A DNA stretch of 64,000 nt from Waterburya sp. (lineage in GTDB: Bacteria > Cyanobacteriota > Cyanobacteriia > Cyanobacteriales > Xenococcaceae), in the NCBI GenBank assembly GCA_965217895.1, contig CBDCJV010000002.1:480001-544000 (forward strand), written 5' to 3'. Made by a program: the position numbers and the translations under genes. Positions 1 through 10,132 of this stretch are shown here, piece by piece. The notes under the pieces are model-generated. The model was not told where the DNA came from and did no database searches. It saw nothing but the letters and a program-made list of their open reading frames with translations. Each line of letters opens with the position of its first letter. The first letter of the stretch is position 1.

Positions 1-1
1 C

Positions 2-844
2 TGGACGGCAGTGGCGATCGCACTGAAGTTTTTATTTGGCTGGAAAGTAATTATTGTTTATGAAGGCGGATCTCCAGGTATAGACTATCGCAATTCCCCT
101 TTACGTTTGCGATCGCGTCGTTGGCTGGTGAAATTGGCAGATGCTTTAGTAGTTAATGGTCGATCAGCAAAAGAATATATAGTAGACATATTAAACGCTC
201 AAGAAAACCGAGTATTTGATCGACCCTTTTTAGTACCAAGTGTTAAAGCTTTACTGCAATATAGCGAAAATGAACCGCCTCAAATCGATATGGCAACCGA
301 TAAGCCGATCTTTCTTTATGTCGGACAAATTGTTCCCAGAAAAGGATTGAAAGTATTGTTGGAAGCGTGCCTAATTTTGCAAGACTGGGGATACCATGAC
401 TATACACTGTTGATAGTTGGTGATGGCGATCGGCGTCAGGAATTAGAAGCTTTTGCCTCTAGCAAAAACCTGGACAAACAGATTAAGTGGGTAGGACAAA
501 TTCCCTATAAATATTTAGGTGCTTATTTTCAGGCAACAGATATTTTTGTTTTCCCAACTTATGAAGATATATGGGGGATGGTATTAACTGAAGCAATGGC
601 TTTTGGTAAACCAGTTATCTGTTCTCAAGGTGCAAAAGCAGTAGAAATGATTGTTAATGGCGAAAATGGCTTTGTCTTCGATCCAGGCCAATCATTAAAA
701 CTAGCTGAGTATATGGGTCAGTTTTTAGAAAATCCTCATTTAATTGACTCTATGGGGAAAAAATCCGCAGAAATAATGATCGATCACACACCAGCAAAAG
801 CAACTCAATCTTTTATTCAAGCATTAAAATTTGTTATTAATTAG
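2..844 (+). CDS. Glycosyltransferase family 4 (GT-B), 5'-truncated by window edge
   Basis: FLYVGQIVPRKG and DIFVFPTYEDIWGMVLTEAMAFGKPVI GT4 motifs; reading frame is open back to the window start. Confidence 0.9.
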   Translation, partial: WTAVAIALKFLFGWKVIIVYEGGSPGIDYRNSPLRLRSRRWLVKLADALVVNGRSAKEYIVDILNAQENRVFDRPFLVPSVKALLQYSENEPPQIDMATDKPIFLYVGQIVPRKGLKVLLEACLILQDWGYHDYTLLIVGDGDRRQELEAFASSKNLDKQIKWVGQIPYKYLGAYFQATDIFVFPTYEDIWGMVLTEAMAFGKPVICSQGAKAVEMIVNGENGFVFDPGQSLKLAEYMGQFLENPHLIDSMGKKSAEIMIDHTPAKATQSFIQALKFVIN

Positions 845-986
845 GCGTTAGTTCGGACAAAACTTTATTGTTAACAAAATCATAGGTGTTTGACCCTTGT
901 TTGAGATTAAGATAACTAACTACTCTAACTGATCTAACTGTTGATTAAAGTAATCCGCTTTCAACTCTTTGACCCAGTAACCAAAA

Positions 987-2384
987 CTATGAGGCTTTTG
1001 ATTGATTATCAATTGTCAAGGGTATACGGACTTGAAAGTTAGTTTTCCCTGGTTGTGACTCGAAACGCAAATTACCTTGATGTTTTTGGACGATAATACG
1101 GCGAGAAATATCTAAACCCAAACCGCTTCCCTTGCCTACTTCCTTACTGGTAAAAAAAGGTTCAAAGATGCGGGACTGGATTTGGGGAGGGATTCCTGCA
1201 CCATTATCAATAATTTCGATCAGCACACAGTTATTTTCTAAGCCAGTACGAATAGTTAGTTCACCTTTACCATCCATGCCATCGATCGCATTATCGATTA
1301 GGTTTGTCCATACTTGATTGAGTTCACTACCGTGAGCTGAAATCTTGGGAATGTTGGCACTGTATTCTTTATTAACCTTCACGCCATATTTAATCTTGTG
1401 ATGCAGAATCTTCAGGGTATTGTCCAACCCTTCATGGAGATCTATCTCTTGTACAGCAGCCCGATCCATATAGGAATAATTTTTAATTGCCCCTACCAAG
1501 TCAGAGATGCGACTGGTGCTTTGTTCTACTTCATTTACTAAGCCATTCATTGTCAAAGTCGCTTCTAGCCAGACTAACGCCTCACTAAAAGCCTCAGATT
1601 CCATGTCTTTAGCCAGGGTTTCTAATTGAGATGGTTGTATTTTGGCACTTACCAAACTAGGTGATAACTCCCAGGCATTCTTTACGCCTTTATTTTCTAG
1701 CCAGTCTGTTAATTCATCTTCAAGATCGCTTTGTTCTAGAGGAGATAAAGCCGATTTGCTGTTTGCTTGAGCGATCGCCTGTTGCTGTAATTCTCCCATT
1801 AGCTGACGATGATGGGCGGAAAAATGTTTACCCCGAAGCGAGAGCATATTCTGCTGTAGAGAGGCGATCGCGGTGTTAAGTTGTTTGGCTGCCCTTCTGC
1901 CTGCTGCTGCGGGATTATTTAATTCATGTGCCAATCCTGCCGATAATTTGCCCAAAGCTGCCAATTTCTCCTGCTGACGCAGCCTTACTTCTAAATCCTT
2001 AGAACGTTCTGCTAAAGCTGGCACAAATAAATCGATACTGCGAGGACAGCCTTTAAGTAACTCTCTAAAATCTTGAAACTGAATTACTCGACTAACATCA
2101 ACACTACTAGCAGTTGCTTGGGAAACTCCTCCAGTCAACATACTTAAATCACCTGTAAACTCACCTCTACGGTGTAGAGTAACCACAATTTCTTCTGCGC
2201 CTAACTGTTTAGTTACTTTTACCTGTCCTTTTAAAACTACATAGAAACAATAGGCGGTATCGCCTTCACGATATAAAATTTCCCCTGGCTTAAGATCTAA
2301 AGCTGTACCACAAACTTCTAAATCCTGTAAATATTTTTCTTCTAAAACTGGAAAGAGAACTGAATCAGACAGCGTGGTACTCAT
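987..2384 (-). CDS. cNMP-binding-domain sensor histidine kinase
   Basis: N-terminal cNMP fold (GEILYREGD..FYVVLKGQV..GEFTGD); H-box LAHELNNP; N box NLIDNAID; G boxes DNGAGIP and GSGLGL. Confidence 0.9.
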   Translation of the reverse strand: MSTTLSDSVLFPVLEEKYLQDLEVCGTALDLKPGEILYREGDTAYCFYVVLKGQVKVTKQLGAEEIVVTLHRRGEFTGDLSMLTGGVSQATASSVDVSRVIQFQDFRELLKGCPRSIDLFVPALAERSKDLEVRLRQQEKLAALGKLSAGLAHELNNPAAAGRRAAKQLNTAIASLQQNMLSLRGKHFSAHHRQLMGELQQQAIAQANSKSALSPLEQSDLEDELTDWLENKGVKNAWELSPSLVSAKIQPSQLETLAKDMESEAFSEALVWLEATLTMNGLVNEVEQSTSRISDLVGAIKNYSYMDRAAVQEIDLHEGLDNTLKILHHKIKYGVKVNKEYSANIPKISAHGSELNQVWTNLIDNAIDGMDGKGELTIRTGLENNCVLIEIIDNGAGIPPQIQSRIFEPFFTSKEVGKGSGLGLDISRRIIVQKHQGNLRFESQPGKTNFQVRIPLTIDNQSKAS

Positions 2385-2401
2385 AGTAATAATTACAATC
2401 T

Positions 2402-2977
2402 CTAAAAAATATCAGCTAAATTTAAGATAAGGCCAGGCAAGATATCATTACCAGATAATGTCTTTGGTGATTTTAACAACTGTACATCTTGTCCCAAAAG
2501 ATAAATTTCTACTTGTTTGGCTTCAGGATTAATTAACCAACCTAGCTTGACTCCATTATCAAGATATTCTCTCATCTTGGCTTGGACGTTAACCAAATAA
2601 TCACTGGGAGACATTAGTTCTAAGGCAAAATCTGGGGCGAGGGGAATAAATTTTTGTCTTTGTTCGCAAGTAAGACTATTCCAGCGTTTTTTTTCGATCC
2701 AGGAGACGTCAGGAGAACGGTTTGCACCACTGGGTAATTTGTAGCCTGTAGAAGAATCAAATACTTCCCCTAAGTTAGTTTGCCGATTCCAAATCCAAAA
2801 TTGCCCAACCAAGTCAGTATTGCGTTTTCCCGTTTCTCCACCAGTAGGGGGCATAATTATAATTTCTCCCTCAACATTGCGCTCAAATTTAGTATCGGGA
2901 TTATGGATACAGAGTTGATAAAACTGTTCGTCGCTGATTTCGATAATGGAATTGAAGTTAACTGTGATGGCAGTCAT
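2402..2977 (-). CDS. Uma2 family (DUF820) putative endonuclease
   Basis: Typical cyanobacterial Uma2 motifs MPPTGGETG, SSTGYKLP..RSPDVSW, PDFALELMSPSD, GVKLGWLINP. Confidence 0.9.
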   Translation of the reverse strand: MTAITVNFNSIIEISDEQFYQLCIHNPDTKFERNVEGEIIIMPPTGGETGKRNTDLVGQFWIWNRQTNLGEVFDSSTGYKLPSGANRSPDVSWIEKKRWNSLTCEQRQKFIPLAPDFALELMSPSDYLVNVQAKMREYLDNGVKLGWLINPEAKQVEIYLLGQDVQLLKSPKTLSGNDILPGLILNLADIF

Positions 2978-3022
2978 GGGATTTATCTCCCCAAAGATGA
3001 GATATATGTATTTTAAAAGATT

Positions 3023-3115
3023 ACCTCTTGCACAAATAAGAAATATCGGTTGAGAATGAGATCACAGATCAGAAATTTCAAAACTATTACTAAAAAATAT
3101 ATTTATGCAAGAGGT
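3023..3115. mobile_element. MITE-like element with ACCTCTTGCA terminal inverted repeats
   Basis: acctcttgcacaaata ... tatttatgcaagaggt; related copy at 55892-55978 and a half copy near 16124-16139. Confidence 0.6.
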
Positions 3116-3284
3116 TTACTGTTTCTTCTATATCCAATATTGTATGTAATTTTATGTACTATCCTAATAGAATACGTCAAAGTTAAGCTGGGAGGTTAAT
3201 TTTTCCCAATCTGAAATAAAAACGATCGCCCTGCACGATGATGTCAACAGTTGCGATCGCCTTGATCTTGCCAATAAATATTAT

Positions 3285-3626
3285 CTACGATTCGTCGCGA
3301 TCGTCAACCCTGGCTGGAGGGCTGGTGGCTTCCACAGCAGTAAAAGATTCGGTGATTTTGTAGGTATGTGATGCACCTTTAGGTACTAACCAAGAATCTC
3401 CAGGCTCTAACTTGATTACCTGTTCTTCTAAATGTAGTTCTGCTTTCCCAGCAATAACATAACCTACTGTTTCATATTCTCTAGATTGTTTGGGTTTTGG
3501 TTCTCCTGGCTGCTCCTGCTCCCAAAGACGCATAGCCATAGTTTTACCCGCAACTAGATATTTTTGACCCATTTCACCTTTTGGTGAACTGTCAGAACTA
3601 ACTTTTTTGACAGTAGTATCGCTCAT
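3285..3626 (-). CDS. Cupin domain protein
   Basis: ETVGYVIAGKAELHLE...LEPGDSWLVPKGASHTY cupin motifs. Confidence 0.85.
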   Translation of the reverse strand: MSDTTVKKVSSDSSPKGEMGQKYLVAGKTMAMRLWEQEQPGEPKPKQSREYETVGYVIAGKAELHLEEQVIKLEPGDSWLVPKGASHTYKITESFTAVEATSPPARVDDRDES

Positions 3627-3847
3627 AAGATTTTTGATAAATTTGAATGCTACTTGATGACTAGTTCTACTGTAATGCTATAAGCACGATCGTTACTTCT
3701 GCTCAAAGATAGAGAAAATAAAGTGAATTGATTGGCTGTTTACTTGAGATATAAAAAGAAATAAAAAAATATATTTTGTTACTAAAGATAGATGTTTCCT
3801 ACTATTTAGCCTACTAATCTGATAAAAAACAAAGGAAAAAAACTAAC

Positions 3848-4153
3848 ATGGAAAACCAAGACAATCAAGACAAAAAAGTAGTTGCTAAAACCAATCCCGA
3901 AAAAGCAGAACCAGGGAAAGGCGCACCAGGCGATCAAATTGGAGTACAGACAGCGCAGACTACAGCCGTCAATCCTCCTGACATGGTTATTCCTTCTGGT
4001 GCAGATGAAGAATTGAACAAAGAGCAAATTCAAGCAATGGAAGAGCAGGAAGAGGGAACTGGAGTCAGTACTACGGATGGCTACATCATTGATGAAGCTG
4101 GGAAAATGGACAATTTTGCCATAGAACCAGAAATGTATGTAGAAGACAAGTAA
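3848..4153 (+). CDS. Small acidic hypothetical protein
   Basis: 101-aa ORF; C-terminal TTDGYIIDEAGKMDNFAIEPEMY resembles conserved cyanobacterial small proteins. Confidence 0.7.
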   Translation: MENQDNQDKKVVAKTNPEKAEPGKGAPGDQIGVQTAQTTAVNPPDMVIPSGADEELNKEQIQAMEEQEEGTGVSTTDGYIIDEAGKMDNFAIEPEMYVEDK

Positions 4154-4245
4154 GGATTAATTAGTTAAGAGAAAATAAAATTTTGTTCCTCTTTGAATCG
4201 AGCAAATTATTAGCTTTCTTTAATAGTAATTAGCTTAAAAATATT

Positions 4246-4560
4246 ATGCAGAAAAAGATTAATGTATTCAATTTATTGCGTTCGTTGGCGATCGCCTTTA
4301 TTTTTGGACTAGGAGTTATCATTCTAAATGTACAGACAACTTCACTAGCCTATGCAGGAGATAATTACAGCGCGCAAACAGATACTTATCAAGAAACTCG
4401 TAATCCTAATCGAGTTGACACCACCACTGAAGAGTTGGCTAACAGTAAATTAAATGAACCAGAAGAAAAAGGTAAATCTATTTACGAAAATTTGATCGAT
4501 AAGGTAGATCGGCAAAAAGAATCTGCGTTACAAGGTAAACAAAGTAAAGACCTGCCTTGA
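4246..4560 (+). CDS. Hypothetical secreted or membrane-anchored protein
   Basis: Signal-peptide-like N-terminus ending LAYA, hydrophilic remainder. Confidence 0.65.
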   Translation: MQKKINVFNLLRSLAIAFIFGLGVIILNVQTTSLAYAGDNYSAQTDTYQETRNPNRVDTTTEELANSKLNEPEEKGKSIYENLIDKVDRQKESALQGKQSKDLP

Positions 4561-4594
4561 ATTAAAAAAGCGATCGCGCGGTCGCTTTTTTAAT
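4561..4594. terminator. Bidirectional rho-independent terminator built on a HIP1 site
   Basis: attaaaaaagcgatcgc-gcggtcgcttttttaat hairpin with A/T tails between convergent genes. Confidence 0.75.
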
Positions 4595-4599
4595 TTATT

Positions 4600-4797
4600 T
4601 TAATTATTATGCTGGGTTGTCTGGCGATCGTTTTCTGCTGGTTCGCCAAAAATTAATATTTGCATAATAGAACTTAAAAACCAGTAAACACTAGCAATCA
4701 AAATCACTAAAAGTAAAGGTGCAAAACCAGCAAACGGAGCTAAAACAAAAGTTAATACGAATCCTAAAAGGGCTATTTTGTACCAAATATTACTCAT
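4600..4797 (-). CDS. Small membrane protein
   Basis: 65 aa with two hydrophobic segments. Confidence 0.6.
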   Translation of the reverse strand: MSNIWYKIALLGFVLTFVLAPFAGFAPLLLVILIASVYWFLSSIMQILIFGEPAENDRQTTQHNN

Positions 4798-4888
4798 TAT
4801 CTTATATTAATTAATCTATATTTTCAATTTAGCCATAACCTAGTTTGTAATCACCTATCTTTAGTAATAGCTTTTGGCTTGTCTTAAA

Positions 4889-5446
4889 TTACACAACACA
4901 AATGGCAGTATCAAAAGCTAAACTGTAATAATTATTGTGATTAAATTCAAAGCGATCAATTATCGTCATCTTTAATTTTCGAGTGTGAGCCTCATAAGAA
5001 CGTCGATTAGCAGTGTTGATAAAAGTAATCCCTGTTTTGAACTTAGTTAAAAATTCTTGACGCATTACTTCAAATAGTTGTGGAAGTAAATTAGTACCTC
5101 TTTGGCTCGAATCAATACAGACTGATCCATACTGAAAAGTGCGATCGCGCTGGATTATTTGTCCTTTAAAGCTGAGAGTAGGAAAACGAGCAACCATAAA
5201 CGGAAAAATATCCCACTGAGAGAAAAAATCCCAATCGCCAGCAAAAATATAGCCTAATACTATGCTGTTGTCTTTGGCTACAAACGCCCCTTTTTGATTT
5301 AGCAACTCTTTAATTTGCTGCTCATTAAATGGAGTTGTAACAAATCCAGCTTGTCGCTGTTCGGTTGTTAAATTGCTATAAAGGTTTCTCTCTTGTAAAG
5401 CTAATATACCTGAAATATCTTCTACCTTTCCTAATCTTAATTCCAT
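4889..5446 (-). CDS. GNAT-family N-acetyltransferase
   Basis: VCIDSSQRGTNL acetyl-CoA motif A variant; N..S...H motif. Confidence 0.75.
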   Translation of the reverse strand: MELRLGKVEDISGILALQERNLYSNLTTEQRQAGFVTTPFNEQQIKELLNQKGAFVAKDNSIVLGYIFAGDWDFFSQWDIFPFMVARFPTLSFKGQIIQRDRTFQYGSVCIDSSQRGTNLLPQLFEVMRQEFLTKFKTGITFINTANRRSYEAHTRKLKMTIIDRFEFNHNNYYSLAFDTAICVV

Positions 5447-5593
5447 AATCTTATTAATAACATCTTAGTTTAAATCTCTTACCTCAATTTATTCTTATTC
5501 CCCCCAAATATTATTTATAACTATCGACAGATAAACTAAATCGCCAAATAATTTTAAGCTTTATGAAACAATTATTAAATAAAATATTAAACA

Positions 5594-7276
5594 ATGCCGA
5601 CATACGATGTGGTGATTATCGGGGCGGGTCATAATGGATTAGTATGTGCTGCATATCTACTTAAGGCTGGTTATAGCGTGGCTCTACTAGAAAAAAGAGC
5701 TATCCCTGGCGGTGGTGCAACTACAGAAGAGGCAATGCCAAAAGAAGCACCAGGATTTAAATTTAATCTCTGTGCGATCGATCATGAATTTATTCACTTA
5801 GGACCTGTAGTTGAAGAATTAGAATTAAATAAATATGGTTTAGAGTATCTTTATTGCGACCCTGTAACCTTTTGTCCTCATCCTGACGGTAAGTATTTCT
5901 TAGCCCATAAATCTGTCGAGAAAACCTGTGCAGAAATCGCTCGCTTTAACAAAAGAGATGCTGAAAAATACGGTGAATTTATAGATTTTTGGCAACGGCT
6001 AACCAAAGGCATTACTCCCATATTTAATGCGCCACCAAAATCCGTACTAGATATTGCGGGTAACTATGGTCTAAAAAACGTCCAAAATTTGCTTTCTACT
6101 ATAGGCGGTGTAGATAAAACCCTAGACCTGATTCGTACCATGCTGACATCTCCCCAAGACAGTCTTCAGTATTGGTTTGACTCGGAGTTTCTTAAAGCAC
6201 CTTTAGCTAGGTTAGCATCGGAATTTGGTGCGCCTCCTTCTCAAAAAACCATTGGCATTGGTTCAATGATGATGTCAATGCGTCATAATCCAGGTATGGC
6301 AAGACCTCGCGGTGGAACAGGAGCATTAACTCAAGCTTTGCTCAAGTTAGTGACAGAAAAAGGTGGGGTTGTCTTGTGCGATCGCGCTGTAGAAAGTGTT
6401 TTAATTAGCAATAATGGTAAAGCAGAAGGTGTAAGAACCAGCAACGGCGAAGAATATCGCGCCAAAACCGCCGTGATTTCTAATATTGATGCTCGTCGTC
6501 TATTTTTGAATATGATATCTGCTGCTGATAGTGATGCAGCCGACCCCAATCTACGAGAAAGACTAGATAGACGTATTGTTAACAATAATGAAACTATTCT
6601 CAAAATTGATTGCGCTCTTTCTGAAGCACCTCGTTTTGAACATCATAATCACAGAGAAGAATTTAATATTGGTTCAATCTTGATTGCCGACTCTGTACAC
6701 CATGTAGAAGAGGCTCATGCTCTACCGTCAATGGGTAAAATACCCGATGAAAATCCCTCGCTGTATCTGGATGTACCCACAGTATTAGATCCGTCTCTTG
6801 CCCCAGAAGGTAAGCATACACTGTGGATCGAATTCTTCGCCCCATATCAGATTCACGGCAAAGAAGGAACAGGTTTAAACGGTACTGGCTGGACGGATGA
6901 ACTTAAAAACAGCGTTGCCGACAGGGTAATCAATAAGCTAGCTGACTACGCACCAAATGTAAAAGACTCAATCATTGCCCGTCGTGTTGAAAGCCCTGCC
7001 GAATTAGGAGAACGTTTAGGTGCATACAAAGGCAACTATTATCACATTGATATGACCCTAGATCAGATGGTGTTTTTCCGTCCCTTACCAGAAATAGCTA
7101 ATTACACTACGCCTATTGAAGGACTATATCTTACAGGGGCAGGAACTCATCCAGGAGGTTCAATTTCAGGAATGCCTGGGCGTAATTGCGCCCGCGTTTT
7201 TCTTCAGCAGCAACAGCCCATTAGGCAACTGATCGAAGATACAAAAGGGGCATTGCATCAGAGCGGGATGATCTGA
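5594..7276 (+). CDS. crtO: Beta-carotene ketolase (CrtI-like FAD oxidoreductase)
   Basis: GAGHNGLVCAAYL FAD motif, FKFNLCAIDHEFIHLGP, GAGTHPGGSISGMPGRNCA, all characteristic of cyanobacterial CrtO. Confidence 0.9.
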   Translation: MPTYDVVIIGAGHNGLVCAAYLLKAGYSVALLEKRAIPGGGATTEEAMPKEAPGFKFNLCAIDHEFIHLGPVVEELELNKYGLEYLYCDPVTFCPHPDGKYFLAHKSVEKTCAEIARFNKRDAEKYGEFIDFWQRLTKGITPIFNAPPKSVLDIAGNYGLKNVQNLLSTIGGVDKTLDLIRTMLTSPQDSLQYWFDSEFLKAPLARLASEFGAPPSQKTIGIGSMMMSMRHNPGMARPRGGTGALTQALLKLVTEKGGVVLCDRAVESVLISNNGKAEGVRTSNGEEYRAKTAVISNIDARRLFLNMISAADSDAADPNLRERLDRRIVNNNETILKIDCALSEAPRFEHHNHREEFNIGSILIADSVHHVEEAHALPSMGKIPDENPSLYLDVPTVLDPSLAPEGKHTLWIEFFAPYQIHGKEGTGLNGTGWTDELKNSVADRVINKLADYAPNVKDSIIARRVESPAELGERLGAYKGNYYHIDMTLDQMVFFRPLPEIANYTTPIEGLYLTGAGTHPGGSISGMPGRNCARVFLQQQQPIRQLIEDTKGALHQSGMI

Positions 7277-7291
7277 TAATACTTTATTGTT

Positions 7292-7389
7292 ACTTTAGAT
7301 ACCAATGCTATTATCGCCCTGCTGCAAAATTGGTTACTCGCGATGCTCAATTAAATAAAATTAACAATCTGACAATCATTAATTGGTAG
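7292..7389 (+). pseudogene. Collapsed PIN/VapC toxin remnant
   Basis: N-terminal LDTNAIIALLQ joined out of frame to C-terminal KLVTRDAQLNKINNLTIINW*; central part absent. Confidence 0.7.
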
Positions 7390-7424
7390 TTGACATAAAT
7401 AATTTGATCGCACAATGCGATCGC

Positions 7425-7851
7425 GGGTTACCAAAAAGGAAAAAGACCTAAAATTAAAAATTTTCAACGTTTTCAAGAATTTGTGTTGCAGCACAATGGC
7501 AAAACGCAGCAGCGAATAGCTCAACTATGGGGCAATAATCTTACTCAGCAAAATGTGAGTGATGCAATGAAAAAACTGGGTATAACCAGAAAAAAAGCGG
7601 TGCGACCCCGCTGAACTTGTTTCAGCATGGGAACACACACTAAGCAGGACAAAGTATTCAAGAAATAGTTCAAGGCGCAGGATGTGAAATTTGGTATCTA
7701 CCACCATATTCGCCTGATTTGAACAAAATTGAGCGTTGGTGGTCGGTTCTAAAAACTTGGATGAAACAGAGAATTTATGACTTTGAGACTATTAGAGAAT
7801 GTGTTGATTCTGCTTTTGCTCAATGTCCTAACGTATTTGCGTAATGCTATA
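7425..7851 (+). mobile_element. Internally deleted IS630-family remnant
   Basis: orfA piece RPKIKNFQRFQEFV..KLGITRKK; orfB piece GCEIWYLPPYSPDLNKIERWW; ends in gtcctaacgtatttgcgtaatgctata, similar to the IS630 terminus at 34624-34650. Confidence 0.8.
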
Positions 7852-7955
7852 CAGCAAAAACCATAGCTTTCGTAAGGTGCGTTAGCAAAGCGTAACGCAC
7901 ATCATCAAGGAAATCTCAATCTTCTGATTAATTTCACCCACCTACTTATGCCTAT

Positions 7956-9215
7956 CTACTTCCTGGCTTTAGCTTTAATTAGTGGATTTGAATCGTCTGT
8001 TACCATGCCCCCGCAGGCATCACCTAACTGCTCCAAAGCAAGTAAACAAGCATATTTAAGCTCAAATATTGGCGTATTTAAAATTTCTTTTAGTAAGGGA
8101 ATTGCTTGAGTTGCTCGAAGATTTGCTAAAGCGATCGCTGCTGCTGCGCGGGATTTTTGAAACTGAGGCGAAGTATTGTTTAGGGCTTCGACAATTAGCT
8201 CGTAACCAGGCTGATAATTGAGTAAACCCAACAGCTTAACCACATGGAAATGTGCGCCATAGTCGTTGTGCGCTTCTTCTTGGTAGGTTTGTAATAAAGC
8301 CTGGGGTGCAAGCTCAGGGTAAACTTCTAAAAGGGTTTTTCCTGCCAAATAGCACCTGCCAAAATCGGTATGGTAAAGTTCCCTAATTAAAAACTCTATC
8401 GATGGTGGCTGATCGTACTCGTGTACCATCTCAATGTCTTGAGGGCGATCGCGGATGACTCGATCTAAGCTAGGTTCAATTTCGGCAAAAGTTATTTTAC
8501 CCGCAGCCATACCCGCAGCAGCAAGTAACCTAATACCTCGTAAGCGAAATGCTATAGAAATAGGTGCAAGAGCGATCGCCCGAATTGCTTGATAGTACTC
8601 TGTATCAATTAAATCTTGAATGCAGGCGCGTCTGGCGTTAATGTTGTCGTGTTGCAAAAACTCAACAACCCGCTCCATCTGGCTATAGTCATTAGTCAAA
8701 CGAGCTAAAGTTGCGATCGCAGCACTGGCGGTTGGTTGATCGTCGTTGCTAGTAAAGGGTTTAATTCTATCTATAGCTGGCTGGTAATCAAACTTAGCTA
8801 AGGTGTGCAGAATAACGCGATAGGTTTGATTAGGTTTAGTTAGTAGTTGAGCGATCGCTTCGAGGATAGAGCGATCTTCTGTGCCAATTTCGCCAATTGC
8901 CCACACCGCATTTTCTACCGTCAGGACATCTGCATCGTCTAAACAAGATGTTAGGGTTGGTAAAGCTATTCGAGCTTTTAAACGTCCTAAACTCTCAACT
9001 GCTTTACGCCTGGCGATGCGATTTTCCAAAGCAGGATCGCGATCTTCTATGGCTTCAACTAGAGCTTGAATCGATCTTTCGGTAGGAAAATTAATTAGAT
9101 GTGCTGCACCAACATAACGCTCTGATGTGCCATCTTCTGTATTTAAGGGTTTTTTTAATAAAGCGATCGCCTGATCTTCGGTTAAATTAAATATATTAGA
9201 AAATCTATTATCCAT
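7956..9215 (-). CDS. cpeY: HEAT-repeat phycoerythrobilin lyase, CpeY family
   Basis: N-terminus MDNRFSNIFNLTEDQAIALL..HLINFPTERSI..NRIARRKAVESLGRL, DFGRCYLA and DYGAHFHV match recalled CpeY-family sequence; 419 aa. Confidence 0.8.
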   Translation of the reverse strand: MDNRFSNIFNLTEDQAIALLKKPLNTEDGTSERYVGAAHLINFPTERSIQALVEAIEDRDPALENRIARRKAVESLGRLKARIALPTLTSCLDDADVLTVENAVWAIGEIGTEDRSILEAIAQLLTKPNQTYRVILHTLAKFDYQPAIDRIKPFTSNDDQPTASAAIATLARLTNDYSQMERVVEFLQHDNINARRACIQDLIDTEYYQAIRAIALAPISIAFRLRGIRLLAAAGMAAGKITFAEIEPSLDRVIRDRPQDIEMVHEYDQPPSIEFLIRELYHTDFGRCYLAGKTLLEVYPELAPQALLQTYQEEAHNDYGAHFHVVKLLGLLNYQPGYELIVEALNNTSPQFQKSRAAAAIALANLRATQAIPLLKEILNTPIFELKYACLLALEQLGDACGGMVTDDSNPLIKAKARK

Positions 9216-9293
9216 TACTCAAACTATCTTTTTTATATTCAATAGTTTATAACTTTCTGGGCCACATCTAAATTTTAGAGTAAAGTAGCCACA

Positions 9294-9992
9294 CTAATCA
9301 TTGATAGCATCTAAGATTTCATCAGCAGTAGGATTATAGTTAGGCTCAGACAACTGTATATTCTCTTTCCAAATATAGTAAACTTCTTCTAGTGTTCCAT
9401 CGTGATGACTCCAAGATCCCGTATAGTCCTTAAAATTAAGCTTCACTAACAGCCATTCTTGCTGGGAAGTATCTAATGGTTTGGTTGTAAAAATAAATCC
9501 AGCTTCATCATCATGATATTCATATAATTCTAGAGAATACAAAGATCCTTGCCAGCCATATTCTCCTGAAACTGTTGCTTCAATTGCTGCTTTTTCTGTA
9601 TCATTTTTAGGGGTAAAAATAAAAGCTTCTCTAGGTCTGACAGAGTAAATCATAGGCGACCAGCTAAACTTATTAAGCATAAATTCAGCTAATTTTTCTA
9701 AAGCCTGTTTATCGGTAGTCATCAGCCAAATTTCAGCTTCAAGTTGGCTACTAATTGTCCATCTAATTTTGCTTTTAAATTTATAGGCAACTCCTGCAAA
9801 AGCATTATCATAAGCTAATTTATGATCTATGCCTACATATCCTTCTTTTAAAAGTTCGTCAATAGTTTTTTGTGAAGGAAAAGGCTTTTTATAAGAAAAA
9901 TCATAGTGTATTGGTCTTGCCTGAAGACTAGACTTGGCGTAGTTTTGGCTACGCTCTAGATTAACAGCTTGGTTATTTTGCATGATTAACAC
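9294..9992 (-). CDS. Hypothetical protein
   Basis: 232-aa ORF with no recognised motif; start may be the ATG of MQNNQ. Confidence 0.55.
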   Translation of the reverse strand: MLIMQNNQAVNLERSQNYAKSSLQARPIHYDFSYKKPFPSQKTIDELLKEGYVGIDHKLAYDNAFAGVAYKFKSKIRWTISSQLEAEIWLMTTDKQALEKLAEFMLNKFSWSPMIYSVRPREAFIFTPKNDTEKAAIEATVSGEYGWQGSLYSLELYEYHDDEAGFIFTTKPLDTSQQEWLLVKLNFKDYTGSWSHHDGTLEEVYYIWKENIQLSEPNYNPTADEILDAIND

Positions 9993-10132
9993 TATCTTCG
10001 AGAGAACTTGTACTTATTGTTCCCTAAAAAATTACTAAACATATAACCACGATCAATGTTATTAGCAAGTAAACAAAAGATACTTTAAAAGACAATAATT
10101 TTCAGAGCATCTTTTGCCGCTCAAAAAGCTCA

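Noticed and set aside
7870..7900. GC-rich hairpin gtgcgttagcaaagcgtaacgcac as tRNA or ncRNA
   Set aside because: Too short for a cloverleaf; better explained as a short dispersed repeat or terminator-like hairpin
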